Source: Lytechinus pictus
Taxonomy: Eukaryota
NCBI RefSeq assembly: GCF_037042905.1
Contig: NC_087251.1
Span: 29,886,001 to 29,950,000, forward strand
Length of the DNA stretch: 64,000 nucleotides
Direction of reading: 5' to 3'
The notes under the pieces were generated by a model. The model did no database searches, had not been told where the DNA came from, and worked only from the letters and a program-made list of their open reading frames with translations. The translations under genes and the position numbers were made by a program. Each line of letters begins with the position of its first letter. The first letter of the stretch is position 1. Shown here one piece after another: positions 1 to 12,167 of this stretch.

Positions 1-188
1 CTATTTTTTGAAGTCTAGTCCCTACCTAAGCATCAATATCTTAACTTCTATTGGAAGTGGATGTAGAAGTAACTTCTGACGGTTTCCATTGCAAAAATAC
101 TAATCCATATGGAGGCTTCATATTACATCTTCATGAAGCTTCCTTACTCATGGACATAGAAGCAATCAATCTCTTCATTATATCTTAC

Positions 189-320
189 CTATGGTGTGTA
201 CCATACATAATATCAAGCCTTGCCTGACATAGTTTAATGTTAGGGAATGGATGCGCTGCTTCATGAAGTGCTATTTTTCCTTCCCTCTGCTCTCCATGTA
301 CAATCAGTAATGGTTTATCT
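189..320 (-). CDS. TDP1: TDP1 coding exon ([43 protein letters not shown]), reaching the first HKN catalytic His
   Basis: Translated by hand (not in the ORF track): ttccag acceptor, AG|gtaag donor, 132 bp, phase 2-2; matches the TDP1 KP.L.VHG...LCQA.LDI..GTHH segment. The gene continues beyond the left edge. Confidence 0.95.
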
Positions 321-1196
321 CTGGAACAGAGAATAAATTACAGGAATTTACATGATTTTGAGTTTCAATTGATCAGAAAAAAAAATTATTATTTCCTCTG
401 CTTCTGAATCCTCTGCTTCTGATGAGATCATATTTCTGATCCTTTTACTTAGGGTTTATGTCGGTAAAGGGTGGACACAATGCATAATTTTTACAATGAT
501 ATCAGTTAAAGTTCATGTCCAACTTAACAAGTTGATTAGAAAATTTTGAACAAATATGGTAAAAAAAACATAGCATTGCATTTAACTAGGATATCAAAGA
601 AGAAATGTATTGAATTAAGTTTAGATTATTTTTCACAAATTATTTTAGTAAACATCATGATTGGAATACAACTGATTAAAACAAAGAAATTCATTCTGTT
701 TTTTATTTCATTTTATTTTTTCTTCAGTTTTTATTGATTTGATATGGAGAAGCTCTGAACTAAAGCACAATAGCTTACAATGATGATGGTCTTCAAGGTT
801 CAGTAAAGAGTAAAACCATGGTTCATATTTTAGGATAAAGGTGTAAATATTTGAAATTTAGAAGAAAAAAAATGAACTGTGTGGCACCATCAGCACTCTT
901 ACGTGTATACTGCTTGTATTGTGCAGAAAACTTTCATGAGAGACAACTTGAATTAATATTCATCTGGTTTTGAAAATTGTCATGCTAGACTTATTTCTCA
1001 TTATTATTCAAACAAACAAATATGTTTGAGTGCAATCAAACTTAATAGAAATTTATCAAACATTTAATGCATCTGAACTCTCTAGGCTAGGTTTGGCTGT
1101 ATGCAAACCAAGCAACCACCCCTGTAAACCAAACTAATGGCCAGGCAATCTAGGTTCTTGTGTCAATCCCCTTACAAATCTTTGTACAAACCCAGT

Positions 1197-2126
1197 ATAC
1201 AAATGATGCATGGGTTAGAGTGGGTCAGTAGGAACTGTGTGCACAAGGTAACTTTGGCATGGTTTAACCCACGAGGCGCAGCCGAGTGGGTTTAGACCAT
1301 AATGCCAAAGTTACCGCGTGCACACAGTTCCACTGACCCACGAAAGAAACCCATGCATCATCTGTTTTATAGAATGGAAAAATTTTATTGAATAAACCAC
1401 AAAAATTAATGATTTACCGGATGCATGATAATTTCATGCGTCCAGTAAACTCAATTTACTGGACGCATGAAAATATTTACTGGACGCATGATTTTTTTTA
1501 CTGGATGCATGATTTTTTACCGGATGCATGAAAATTCCAAAATGTAATGCAGACCCTTTGATAACCCTGGAAAACATAAATATGTATGCCTAACTTGATA
1601 ATATGTTGGCACAAAGGCATCATTATACCCAAAATGCCAGATACAGCTTTGCATTGACTAGATCTATGACTTTTATGAGGCAGCCATAGCTGTGTGTGTA
1701 TGCCCGGGCCGCTCCGGTGGCCAGTGCCTACGGCTGCCTGGGCCCGCACTGGAGATTTGGCTGTGCACAGCCAGCCCAGGGCAGTGCCAGTAGATCTATA
1801 AACGTTAGATCGTATGTCTGGACTTCTCAACTAACGAGTATGCAGGCAGTTTTAATCCCTATGACAATTACGGTAACGTATTTGTACTTACAGATCATTT
1901 TGCATCCTTTATTTGATTCATTCTGCCTTGATCGAAAATTCAAAATTTTGACGTAAACAAGCGTAACAGTACATGCGCGATGACATCACAATGACCTTTT
2001 CGGACGATAGCTTGTTTACAGTGGATATCGTTTTGATTATCGGGATATCGTTCATGCAGCCCAGTAAAAATTCTTGCATTGCTCTCAACCAATCAGATTG
2101 CAGGGATTTTCCCATCCATTCTATAA
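1197..2126. mobile_element. Non-autonomous hairpin element in a TDP1 intron (possibly Crypton-like)
   Basis: Long stem (about 1205-1360) closing on cgaggcgcagccgag; tatagaatgga (~1368) is inverted relative to tccattctata (~2115); short tandem tttactggacgcatga repeats at ~1415-1530. Confidence 0.5.
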
Positions 2127-2419
2127 TACACCTTGACCAAAATATGCAAGCAATACCCAACTTTGTGTGTACAAACTCCAGATGTCCTACTAGAAACACA
2201 CAGTAATTTCAAAAGTGATTTCTAGCATTCAATTCAAACACAAGCCTCATTTAAGTTTTTGGTATCATTCCCCAGAAGGAAGCTGTTTCATAAGCCACTG
2301 TGCTCACCAAAGTTCATCTGCATCATGGTGACTACTCAACTACATGTATTATCCTTGTCTCTCTAAGATGCTGCATAAGAAATATAGCTGAAAAGTAATT
2401 GAACGGCTTGTATACTAAC

Positions 2420-2519
2420 CTGAACTCTCTTGGATACTGCTTCATTAGCCATGGTATGTCAAACATGTAGTTGAACTGAGCTGATTCCACCAGTTTTCCC
2501 ATGCACGGATCTAGAATAT
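2420..2519 (-). CDS. TDP1: TDP1 coding exon ([34 protein letters not shown])
   Basis: tttgccag acceptor, AG|gttagt donor, 100 bp, phase 1-2; SAQFNY.FD..WL.KQYP.EFR is a TDP1 signature. Confidence 0.95.
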
Positions 2520-2983
2520 CTGGCAAAGTTGGTACACATATTTTTTGTTCAAATATGCAAAAAGAAAGCTTGTATAAAGTGGTACTTTTGTAAAAAAAAA
2601 AAGGTTCTTGCATTTCCTCGTTTCAAACAAAAGTTGGATTGAATTTAATCATTTTTGATATTTTGACAAATCAATTAATTTTGTATTCATATTGCTTTTT
2701 TTAACAATAATTTCTAATTTAGAAAAATCATTTTTCAACTTACCTGATAGGAATCAAAAGACTGAGAATCTCATATAACATTCATAAAACTACATGTAGG
2801 CCTATGCATTACTTTTTGTGTCAACTTTATAAAAGCAACCCTGAGGCCTTGAAGTCAGTACTTCTATCAAACAAATGACATAAGTGGAGGACAAAAAAAT
2901 GTTCCACAATCCGTTTTTGTATTCCCCTGGACGCAGCCATTTTAATAAAAATTTCTTGAAAATGAACATACAAATCATCTTAC

Positions 2984-3154
2984 CTTTGATATGCACAGCA
3001 TACTGATTATTATAGGTCGACGCAATCCCCTCAACTTTTGTAAGAAGGAAACCATATGGTGATGACTCCTCAATAGCTTCTGGACAGGACAGTGGACATT
3101 TCTTTCCTTCTGATTTCTGTCTCTTGGGTGAAGGCTTTGCAGGGCTTTTCTTGC
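2984..3154 (-). CDS. TDP1: TDP1 coding exon (GKKSPAK...SPYGFLLTKVEGIASTYNNQYAVHIK)
   Basis: ctaacaacag acceptor, AAAG|gtaag donor, 171 bp, phase 1-1; PYGFLLTKVEGI resembles the start of the TDP1 catalytic domain. Confidence 0.9.
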
Positions 3155-3531
3155 CTGTTGTTAGTTGAGGATGCATATAGAAAAGACAACAATGTATGGG
3201 ATAAAAGTCAAATTGATTTATCTTGCTCATAATTATTTCAAAAATCTCAACTCTATCATGATCAGATACAAACATTTAACCCTAATTCTTCCGGGGGGGG
3301 GGGGGGGGGGCATAATGCCCCCCCCCCCCCCGGGAATGACAAGAATCAAAATACCCCGGGAGATTTAGGGTTAAAAGACGGCCTTACCTTCAATCAGCTA
3401 TCTTGTTCTGATTGCTCATATTTTTCTTGCCAATCAAAAGACCCACTGCAAATGCAATTTCTTCTCCTCCCCCCCTTTGGCTTATGATTTATTTTTTCAT
3501 TTTACAAAGTCATCATGACTGCTATCAATAC

Positions 3532-4018
3532 CTTGGTGTCTGTACTCTTCCAAATGAGAAGGGTTCTTTCTGTAGCATTTGGATCCATAAGGGCACTCCT
3601 GTTTTGACCCACTGGGCATGCTGGTTTCTCCTTCCTCGATGATCACCGTGTCCTCTTTCTTCAATCTCTTTGTGGACTGTGATATCAATGTTTTCTTCTC
3701 CTGGGATTTAGTCTTCCCTCCAGTTTTCTTCTTTCCTTTCCGATCTTCATCCTCATTTTGTGGGCCTGAATCTGAGTCGGATTCCAGTTTCCGCTTTGCT
3801 TGTCTCGTCGTCGGATGGTTGTCATTGGTGTTAAATTCATCTTCGTCTTCAATGTATGTGGCATCAGAGTCTGAGTCGCTGGATGTACGTTCAGGTAGAA
3901 AGCTTGATTTTTTATTTGTTGAAGGTCTGTCATCATCTGAATCTGAATCGGATATATCATGTCCAGCGGCTAAAGCTCTGGCCATCATTAAGTCTTGGTG
4001 TTCTTGCTCTTCCTCCAT
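3532..4018 (-). CDS. TDP1: TDP1 first coding exon: acidic/basic disordered N-terminus plus PBZ zinc finger
   Basis: Acceptor tttttttgcag before 4024, in-frame ATG at 4018 (MEEEQEHQ...), CPYGSKCYRKNPSHLEEYRH matches the PBZ consensus, donor CAAG|gtattg at 3532 (phase 1) joins in frame to the next exon. The true start could lie in an upstream exon. Confidence 0.8.
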
Positions 4019-4390
4019 GTCATACTGCAAAAAAAAGGAACAGAGCCAACAGCTAGTGTTTAATAAGACAAATCACGCAAAGTAAATTAAATGATCTTGA
4101 TTCTTAGTAGCAGTACTAGTAATCTAAGAACTGTTTGTAAGATTAGAAGTAAATGGAATAATTCATCAGTGTGAATTTTGCAGTGTGATTTGTAAGTTCT
4201 ATTTTACCATCATAAGTTTGATTGAGTCATGACCATATGGTTCCTTCCTCCATGCCTGAATTTCAAGACCTGAATTGAACAGATGTACAGAATTATATCT
4301 GACTGATACACATCTGTAAAACTCAATCACAAATTCACAGCACACACACAAGGCTATTCAATACCACAATTGGGCAGCCAATGCAAAAGC

Positions 4391-4550
4391 CCGAGTGGTC
4401 TCCTGTTGCAAGTGGGATTCCTCAAGGAAGCTTCATAGTGCTGTAAATACACCTTCAAAGAGGAGTGGTCAGTGACGACTTAAATAACCTTCTGAAGTGG
4501 TCTGAGAGATGGCAACTACCCTTCAATTATATCAAATGCAGTGTTCCACA
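4391..4550 (+). pseudogene. CR1/L2-type LINE reverse transcriptase fragment
   Basis: Reads EWSPVASGIPQGS, then DDLNNLLKWSERWQLPFNYIKCSVPH, both typical RT motifs, with a deletion between them. Confidence 0.75.
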
Positions 4551-5600
4551 TCGACAGGAGAAACATTGAAATTTACTGCATTCTTGAGAAAGATCTGCAA
4601 GTAGAGAAAGCCGGACAGGATCTCGATGTAAAATTTTACTGTCGGCCGAAATTTCATCAGTAGTAAGCATATGTGATACCAACTCATCAGAAAAATGAAT
4701 AGAACCATCACTCAACCAGGACCACTCTGCCAATGTTCTTCAAAACCCTAATAAGACCACATCTTGAATACATAGCAGTTATGGTGATATGACCATAATT
4801 CAAGTGTGACCATATTTTGCACAGGTTCGCATATCTCAATATTGAGAATTACAGTTATATCATTATTTTCCTTCTTTAGAGCCTTGACAGAGGGAAGAGA
4901 CTCTGTATGGATGGTCAGGCTGGAATTTTCATGGATTTATTTTGGCCCGCGGTAGGCCTACGTGCAGCTGCACGAGTTGGTAGCGAATCGGCATGCAAGT
5001 TGAATTGTCCGACTCATCATCATAGACGTAATTCCCCTAATTTAACTCCATCCACGTCACTAGAGCTAGAAACTTCATCATCATTCTCTTCATCTTCAAA
5101 ATCATCAATTTGAAAATCCAAAATCTAGATAAACTTCTGGGTTTTCTTTCATTTCATGATCGAAGTATTCAGTGACAGTGTAGAGTAAACGTACCCTCGC
5201 AACATGTTTTGCATGCAAGTGGAGCTTGACGTTGGAGAGCCAATCACGTCTCTCGTACACTCATACACGTCATCAAATTCGAGTCAATTCAGAGACTGAT
5301 CATCTGATGCGATGGGAGGCGTATTTCGGAGAGGCATTTTATTGGCAATTTCCACCTTAATTATGTATTACTTTCGTTATTTTTGAATGACCAAATGGTA
5401 ATTCCCACATCATGACCTTTCCACTGATATATAATAAGGCCATATTCATAATCAATATATTTCTCCTTTAACTGACTGCTGTGCCGAGGTAACACGAACC
5501 TAACTTGTCTAGACCAGAGAGCTCCGGCGGCGCAGGCCGGCTGCAGCTGCCGGAGCTCTCTGACTCTGGCATGTCAATAACCCAGGGAGCTCCCGCCCGT

Positions 5601-5899
5601 ACTTACCACGATTACCGTATATGGATGAAGGTCTAACGAGTGGCAGTTTCCTGACATCTGGGCACAAACTGGAACCTGAATAAAACGAAAAGTTCTCTCC
5701 TTCTACCCCAGTCTCGATCGGCCATTTTGTTACGATTCATAACAAAAATGGCCGATCGAGACGGGGGTAGAAGTACTAGGAGAGAACTTTTCGTTTTTTG
5801 AGGTTCCAGTCTGTGCCCAGTCCCAGATGTCAGGAAACTGCCACTCGTTAGACCTTCATGATCATCCATATAAATTATAATCGTGGTGACGTGGTAAGT
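5601..5899. repeat. ~300-bp palindrome (foldback MITE)
   Basis: acttaccacg...cgtggtaagt arms are complementary apart from small indels; centre near 5735. Confidence 0.85.
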
Positions 5900-6077
5900 G
5901 CATAATTGCTATTTTCACAATTCATTTGGAGAAATATTTAGACCATAAATCACGCTAGTCCCGTGAGTATGGTCAAATACACGGTAAGCCCCTGGGCTCC
6001 CTGGGTTCATACTAACCTCGTATTAGTGTGAGTGCCCTGGGTTAGCATGTCAAGAGCTCCCGGGCCTGGCCCTGGGT

Positions 6078-7229
6078 CCCAGGGGGGGGGGGGGGCACTC
6101 AGTATATAATGCATAGTGGGTACCGTAAGGGCACTAGTATTCAACCCGTTTGGAGAGTTTCCTCAAATATATAGAAATATAGAATTTACCTGAATTTCAG
6201 ACCCGTCTTATTTCCAAGAGCAAATGCTGGTTATTCTTTTTCCGTTATTTTTTTCTTCAACCAGTTGACTGTGTGCGCGGGCGATCGAATTATACGGCGA
6301 CGGATTTTGGTACTAGTATTCAACCCGTCGGCACTAGTATTCAACCTAGCGATGAAAGATGGCCCTGTCTCTCAATCTGCCCTTGTCCCATCCGACTATG
6401 GACTAGACCATTTGAGATGAGACCAAACAGGGAATTAATCAAAGCCAGAGACTTACATAGATCTAGATCTAATTTAGCAATTTAAACCCTTTTGAGATTT
6501 GCTATCAATCCTCACTAGGTTGAATACTAGGTACCATTCAGTGCAAAAGGCCATCGCCGCATAATTCGATCCTCCGCGCATACAGTCGACAGATTGACAA
6601 AGAAAATATCGACAACAGATTACCCTGGAAATAATAAAGACCTGTGTGAAATTAAGATAAATTCCCTATTTCTAAATATTTTGGGGAATATGTCAAAATC
6701 TTTGAATTATGCCGGGTTGAATACTAGTACCCATACGGTATGTGCCGCGGAGGGGACCCCCATTTTTACACTCAAATTTCTGTTCCGAGGCATAGCATTT
6801 TTGTCTTATTGAGAAAAAGAACATAGAAAGCCGCTCCAGAGCATAGCATTTTCTTCTTCTCGAGATAAAAAGAAGAAAAAAAATCCGCTCCAGGGCTTCG
6901 CATATTTTCCGTTACGCCGTTCCGGTCGCAATTTTGGTGAAAAGCGGCCGCAGTTCGCTGTCCGACCATCGCCTCTCCGCTAGCGCGCCCGTCAGTCGTG
7001 CCGCCGGGCTAGCTGCATGTACGTTCCATAGCCAGGGATGCATACGCACTCGCACACAGGCGACCCGTTCCAAGGACCCCCGTTTTCAGAAACATTTGTA
7101 GTTCCAAAGCTCGTTCCGAGGACCCTCCTTTTTACAATGAGCCCGGCCGCTCCAAGCCCAAGGCCCCCGTTTTTTGTCTCGCCCGCGGCACACCCCTACC
7201 ACTTTTTTGGTCGAGTGCCCCCCCCCGGG
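6078..7229. mobile_element. MITE with CCC-G(n)-CACTC / GAGTG-C(n)-GGG ends, containing a TA-flanked MITE at 6123-6738
   Basis: The outer ends are complementary; the inner element has ta|ccgta...actagtattcaacc and ggttgaatactagt...tacgg|ta ends. Confidence 0.7.
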
Positions 7230-7255
7230 CCCCTGGGTTTAAACTTTTTAAGTCT

Positions 7256-7594
7256 GGGGAGCGTTTCATCAATATTTTCATCAGACAAGTTGTCTGGGGA
7301 GCGTTTCATCAATATTTTCATCCGACAAGTTGTCAGATCTGACATCTTTCCATGATTTTGATTGGCTGAGAGGCACTGTTCCTATGCCTATAAGTATAAG
7401 GCTATATTACTGTCGGATAAAATGGGACTTGTCGGATAAAACGTCCGACAAGTCCTTTCATGAAACGCCCCCCAGATCTGACATCTTTCCCTGCATGTTG
7501 ATTTGCTGAAAGGCACTGTTACTATGGTAACTGTCGGATAAAGCAGGACTTGTCGGATAAAACCTCCGACAAGTCCTTTCATGAAACGCTCCCC
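7256..7594. mobile_element. Harbinger-like MITE with duplicated termini
   Basis: ggggagcgtttcat occurs twice (7256, ~7296) and atgaaacgc(t/c)cccc twice (~7460, ~7581). Confidence 0.6.
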
Positions 7595-9084
7595 TGGAGT
7601 CTGGGTTATTTAATATTAACAATCACGAAATTGAGGTAGCCTAGATGATGATAATAGTACCTGCTGTTGCAATTGCAGAGCCAGATCCTCATCATCAGCT
7701 AAATTTGCCATGAACTTGCTGCAATTTATGACGAAAAGTTAACGTTAATAGACTGTATTCAATTGTCGGTACAGTCGCTATCCCTAGCTAGCTAGCTCGC
7801 TCGATCGCCACAACTCCAAGGCACAACCAAGGAGCTTCTCCATGCGCTATGCCATATATATATGCATAACGCATGCGTACACCGGTACGTACGTACCGGT
7901 GATCGTGAGCGATCGTGAGACGAGAGGGTGAGGGAGGAGAGGGAGAGAGGGAGAGAGAGCTGGGGAATCCCCGTATTTGTTTATACAACTCGGACCCGGA
8001 GACAACGCGGCCTCGCCTCCGAAAAGGGGCCGAGTTGCCAGCCGAGTTGTCCCAACCTGTTGGTGATTTTTTTTCTTTTTCACGAATTTGTGTAACGGTT
8101 GTGAGTTATCCCACCTGTTTTTGTGATTTTTCCTTCACGAATTTTTGTAATGAAGCCAAAATGGTTAACCAATTCGTGAAGAAAAAAAGAAAATCACGAA
8201 ACAGGTGGGACAACTCGGCCCCGTTCTGGAGGTGAGGCCGGCTTGCTTGTTCTTGGAGCCGAGTTGTGCCGATCTCTAAACCTGGGCGTGGCTAGCCTTC
8301 GCCAAAGTCCTACACCGGGCCGAGCTCGCTCACGGAAATTTCCATCAAACTTTGAAAGGCATCAGTTCAACTTCAGGCTCAGCTTAGTAAAGATACATCT
8401 TGCATCTTCTCTCCATAGTAGTACACCCAGTTGTTGTGTGTCTGGACAGGTTGTGTGTCCGGACGATCAATTTTAGAAAGTCATTTGGAAAAATTTGAAA
8501 GCGAAGTTTCATAAATTTTTAGTACAAAATGTTAGGAAATATAAAGAACAAAATAGAAGATGATTACAAGTATTGAATTCATATTTTTAGTGTAATCCAA
8601 AGACAAAAAAAGAAGGCTTCAAAAATATAAAGTGTCCGGACACCAACCCCCCATCCTACTCTACTGAACTGTTTTGTCAAGTGTACATTAATTTCCAGTT
8701 TAGCTAGCCTTTTTGGAGCTGCAAGAGGAATTATCGCATCAAGTATCAAGTAAGTCAAACTTAAAATTAAATAAGTTAAACTAAAGTCAAAGACTGTCTA
8801 GACCACTCATTCAATGAACAAGGTTATGATTATGAATATGATATGTTACTTTAGTCGACTTTACTTTTAGTCAAGACATTGCAATTTGCATATTCAGATC
8901 TAACCCAGGAAGCTCGGACTCGGAGCTCCCTGGGTTGATTCAGATCTAGTATTCTTGAACTTGAGCATGTTGAGACTTGAACTTAGCGTGGAGTTCTGCG
9001 TGTTAATGATGGGGGGGGGGTACTCAAATTATAACATACCTAGATCTATGTGCCACGCCAACTCGAAAATAGGGGGCTCTGGAA

Positions 9085-11075
9085 CAAGCGTGTAACCATG
9101 GGGGGGGGGGCGGTGGGGGTGGTCGCCCCCCCAAAAAAAAGGAGAAAAGGGAAAAAACAGTAGAGGCACTGGTCAGAAAATTGGGATTGTCCCAGTTTAC
9201 AGGGACTGTCAGTTTTCAAAGATTTCTCCACACGAGAAAGCTAGGAAAGTTCATTCACCTGTCGAGTGTCGACATCAATTGAGTGCGCTAGTCAATGTAA
9301 ACATTATCAGGTTTCATAACAAGATTGTTGGAAGACGGCAAGTCATGAAGAAAAGAAAGGTATACATTTCCCACACCTTCTTTCTACTCCGTTTTCCCCT
9401 TCCCGGCTGTGGGAATCGTATATTCTTGCCAGAAATTATTCAAGTATTAAAGTATACATGGGTGTAAAGAGTATGACAAGTATTTATTCAAATATTACAT
9501 TGACACAAAAGTTTGGCTCTTCTGTTTGGAGCGGGTAAACACTACCGTCACTCCCCAAGTCCCCAAATGCTATTTCTTCTGCTTTTCAGCAAGTGGTTTT
9601 TGGCAAAGTATCTGCTCAAAGGGAAAGGCATTAAATTTGTGCCGTGCTATATGCAAAAGTATGTACGATATTATACTTTATTCTATATCGCTGCACATCC
9701 ATGTCTTGTTTTGTGCCATTGATTTGAAATTTCGAATATTTCTGAAGTTTCTTAATCAAAAGGAAGCGCTTAAAGGTCAAGTCCACCCCAGAAAATTGTT
9801 GATTTGAATCGATAGAGAAAAATCAAACAAACATAACGCTGCAAATTTCATCGAAATTGGATGTAAAATAAGAAAGTTATGACATTTTTAAGTTTTGCTT
9901 ATTTTTCACAAAACAGTTAAAATGCACAACTCGGCGATATGCAAATGAGAGAGTCAATGATGTCCATCACTCACTATTTCTTTTGTTTTTTATTGTTTGA
10001 ATAATACAACATTTCAATTTTTACAAATTTGACAATAAAGACTAACTTAACTTGACCATAAACTGTTAAAATAATGGTAATTCCACATGTTCAGGAAGAA
10101 ATAAAACTGTTTCACTTGACAAGGAAGAGAAAATTAGAATATTCATATTTCATATAATAAGATACAAAAGAAATAGTGAGTGGGTGACATCATCAGTCTC
10201 CTCATTTGCATACCAACCAGGATGTGCATATAACTGTTTTGTGAAATTAAGCAAAACTTTAAAATGTCATAACTTTCTTATTTTACATCAAATTTTGATG
10301 AAATTTTCAGTGTTTTGCTTGTTGGATTTTTCTCCTTTTTTTCAAATCAACTTTTTGTTGGGGTGGACTTGTCCTTCAATATGAGCAAAATTACAACTTT
10401 TTCTAAAATAAATCAGAGAGGTTTCCGCGCTTCGCGGGCATGGGAAAGGAAATGTCCCTCTTCTAGCTTGCATCATCCCTTTCACATTTTGAGCTTGTTT
10501 TTCTTCTTAATCGAATTATATATAATCTAAGAAATATCAAATTTAGAACAGGTTAAAGTTTCAGAGAATTTTTTTAAATATTCGCGGGAAGGAATATAGC
10601 GCCCATTTCCTTCCTGTATATACCTGTCTTCTACTCTGTTTTGCGACTTGAGTTAAAGAAATTTAATATGGATACACTTTTTACAATCAAATCTGATGTG
10701 ACCAAGGTAGGCATAATCATTTCTGTTCTCTATTTTTATAAAACTTTTTAAGCTTCAACGCTTTGTGCGGTAAGAGGAATTATTTCAAATTCTTCAATCT
10801 TTTCCCATTTTGTGGCGCTCATAATTTCTTTCGAAAACAATTTTGTTTTAATCATACCAAGTCAATAATCGAGTTGATAAGGGTACTAGAGACGCCTTCT
10901 TTTGATTTGAATTTGATGAGATATCGAAAACTTCGCGCTCTGCGCGGGAGTGGGGAAACTCCCCCCTCCCTGCATCCTCCCCCCTAGGGACCGCGCTTCG
11001 CGCGCTCTGTAAGTGTTGGCACGCTTCGCGTGCACTTACCGCCCCCTCCAAAATTAAATCCTGGTTACGCGGTTG
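9085..11075. mobile_element. hAT-like non-autonomous element
   Basis: TIR caagcgtgtaacca / tggttacgcggttg; 8-bp TSD ctctggaa at 9077-9084 and 11076-11083. Confidence 0.8.
9774..10375. mobile_element. TTAA-flanked AGG...CCT MITE (Kolobok-like), family A copy 1, nested in the hAT-like element
   Basis: ttaa|aggtcaagtccacccc ... ggggtggacttgtcct; largely palindromic; homologous to 15178-15764, 29878-30470 and 31647-32404. Confidence 0.8.
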
Positions 11076-12086
11076 CTCTGGAACTAAATCTTGGTCTTAA
11101 AATAAGGGTCTCCATGGTCTCTGGAGCAGCTCTTGCATTCTTGCTTGGAATGGATCAATGATTGCGAAAAATGCAATGCTCTGGATTCCTGGAACGGACC
11201 ACATCAAACGGGGTCTCCGAAAGACCGGAACTCATTAACCAATTCGTGAAGAAAAAAAGAAAATCATGAAACAGTTGGGCGTAATCGGTAGTGGCCATGT
11301 AAATATACGCGTCTTGCTAGATTCATATCAGGCCAGCGCAAGCTAGCTGTGGGGGTCTTCGGCAGGCTGACATAGGGCTCTGTGCTGATCGACCTAGCTG
11401 GCTGAGTAGATCATGACAGGTAGTCGGGTACTCTCTGGAGGGAGAAGTTACAAATTTGAGGACCTTCAGAAAGGGGAAAAATGGGAATCTCTTAAGAGAT
11501 GATGAAGTTAAGCCTTTCGCGAACCACCACCATTAAACGAGTCCTATGGGAGTCTTTCGTCTATGTAGGAGGAGGGCTGAAAATTTTTATTAAAAATTGT
11601 TGTTTTAACTCCTTCGAAACAGCAGATTTTTCAGTCTAAAGGTTATTTTTCAGAAATTGTTGCCATGGTAACCACATATTATGGCCTTGTTGTGGATAAG
11701 ACTACATAAACTACTTCCCCAGTTTTTGGTCAGTGCCCATGTAGGTTGGTACCAACATTCGTCCTCGGCCTCGAGTAAAACATGCAATTCCCTTTCCAGA
11801 TGTGAAACTCATTGCTGATTGAACTTCCTCAGTTTTTTTTTTTACCATCGCTCATAAAATTTGGTACAAATATTTATTTTGGGTAAGACATGCAAGATTC
11901 ATTCTCCAAATGTGTTGGACACTGCATTGCCATGGTAACAGCATATAGGGCAAGATATTTATCACCTGCTCTTGTGATATTTCTAGTTTCATAATACCAA
12001 TGTTTTTTTTTTTTATTATAGCTGTAATGACCAATTTGTTTTGTTTTTTTCATGTCAGTTGTTTGCAATTAAAAGGACAGTTTCAG

Positions 12087-12167
12087 AAGACAAAATGATC
12101 TACTCTTCGATGGTAGTTGTATGCCTGGTGGTCATATGGCTTGTCTCGGGGTTAATGATGTGGAAAA
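12087..12167 (+). CDS. Candidate upstream exon of the plus-strand gene
   Basis: Strong donor AAAA|gtgagt; tttcag acceptor gives an 81-bp phase 2-2 exon (RQNDLLFDGSCMPGGHMACLGVNDVE) compatible with the exon at 40733. An alternative frame gives the hydrophobic MIYSSMVVVCLVVIWLVSGLMMWK. Confidence 0.3.

Noticed and set aside
3618..4085. 155-aa plus-strand ORF
   Set aside because: Antisense shadow of the TDP1 first coding exon.
5195..5206. aaacATGTTGCGAGG|gtacgt on the minus strand as a TDP1 start exon
   Set aside because: Splicing to 4024 puts this ATG out of frame with TDP1 (short uORF); it may be a 5' UTR exon but is not callable as CDS.
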